A stretch of DNA of 37,398 nt from positions 1 to 37,398 of the forward strand of contig CAYSRF010000003.1 in the NCBI GenBank assembly GCA_964433595.1, written 5' to 3'. Shown one piece after another: positions 37,240-37,398 of this stretch (positions are counted from its first letter, which is position 1; every line of letters starts with the position of its first letter). The translations under genes and the position numbers were made by a program. The notes beneath the pieces were generated by a model. The model was not told the DNA's origin and ran no database searches. It saw nothing but the letters and a program-made list of their open reading frames with translations. This DNA is from Candidatus Hadarchaeota archaeon (GTDB taxonomy: Archaea; Hadarchaeota; Hadarchaeia; Hadarchaeales; Hadarchaeaceae).

Positions 37240-37398
37240 ATGGTTAATATGCCTGTGAAAACCAGAATCCAGAATATAGTAGTATCTGTCACCTACGCGG
37301 ATGTCGAGTTCAATCTCGAAAAACTGGCAAGATGCTTAGACAGCACTCGTTATGATCCCGAAATTTTTCCTGGTATAGCTTATAGATCGGAGGTTCCC
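37240..37398 (+). CDS. tbp: TATA-box-binding protein family, divergent (3'-truncated by window edge)
   Basis: Manual translation MVNMPVKTRIQNIVVSVTYADVEFNLEKLARCLDSTRYDPEIFPGIAYRSEVP matches TBP motifs IQNIVAS and YEPEQFPGLVYR. Confidence 0.8.
   Translation, partial: MVNMPVKTRIQNIVVSVTYADVEFNLEKLARCLDSTRYDPEIFPGIAYRSEVP

Overview
Gene-dense archaeal chromosomal window (aEF-1beta, TBP-like gene, TTTA-type TATA boxes, archaeal mevalonate and F420 genes; the exact lineage cannot be fixed from this window). Core content: a partial isocitrate/isopropylmalate dehydrogenase, apgM, a his operon (hisC-G-A-B-F-D-E-I, no hisH) divergent from an Lrp/AsnC regulator, a cysteine desulfurase, zinc finger + aEF-1beta, an HtrA-like protease, tRNA-Arg(GCG) with a non-canonical D-loop intron, glyS, MptE + JAMM protease, split MetE, an archaeal mevalonate operon (mvk, AMPD, PMDh large/small), tRNA-Val(CAC), an M24 peptidase and a pterin/F420 cluster (folP, two cofE paralogues, frhB-like, mer). 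Most unusual: (1) five 16-bp palindromic repeats CGTAC-N6-GTACG (9822-10009) with unique 23-35 nt spacers running in frame into a small Cro/XRE-type HTH gene; (2) a membrane-anchored transglutaminase-like protein with apparent pseudomurein-binding repeats; (3) a folP-coupled second CofE (FolC2-like candidate); (4) a divergent RtcB-fold gene with a candidate small RNA downstream and a divergent TBP upstream; (5) an unannotated 42-aa leader ORF coupled to hisC. All protein assignments come from recognising motifs by eye; no database searches were run.
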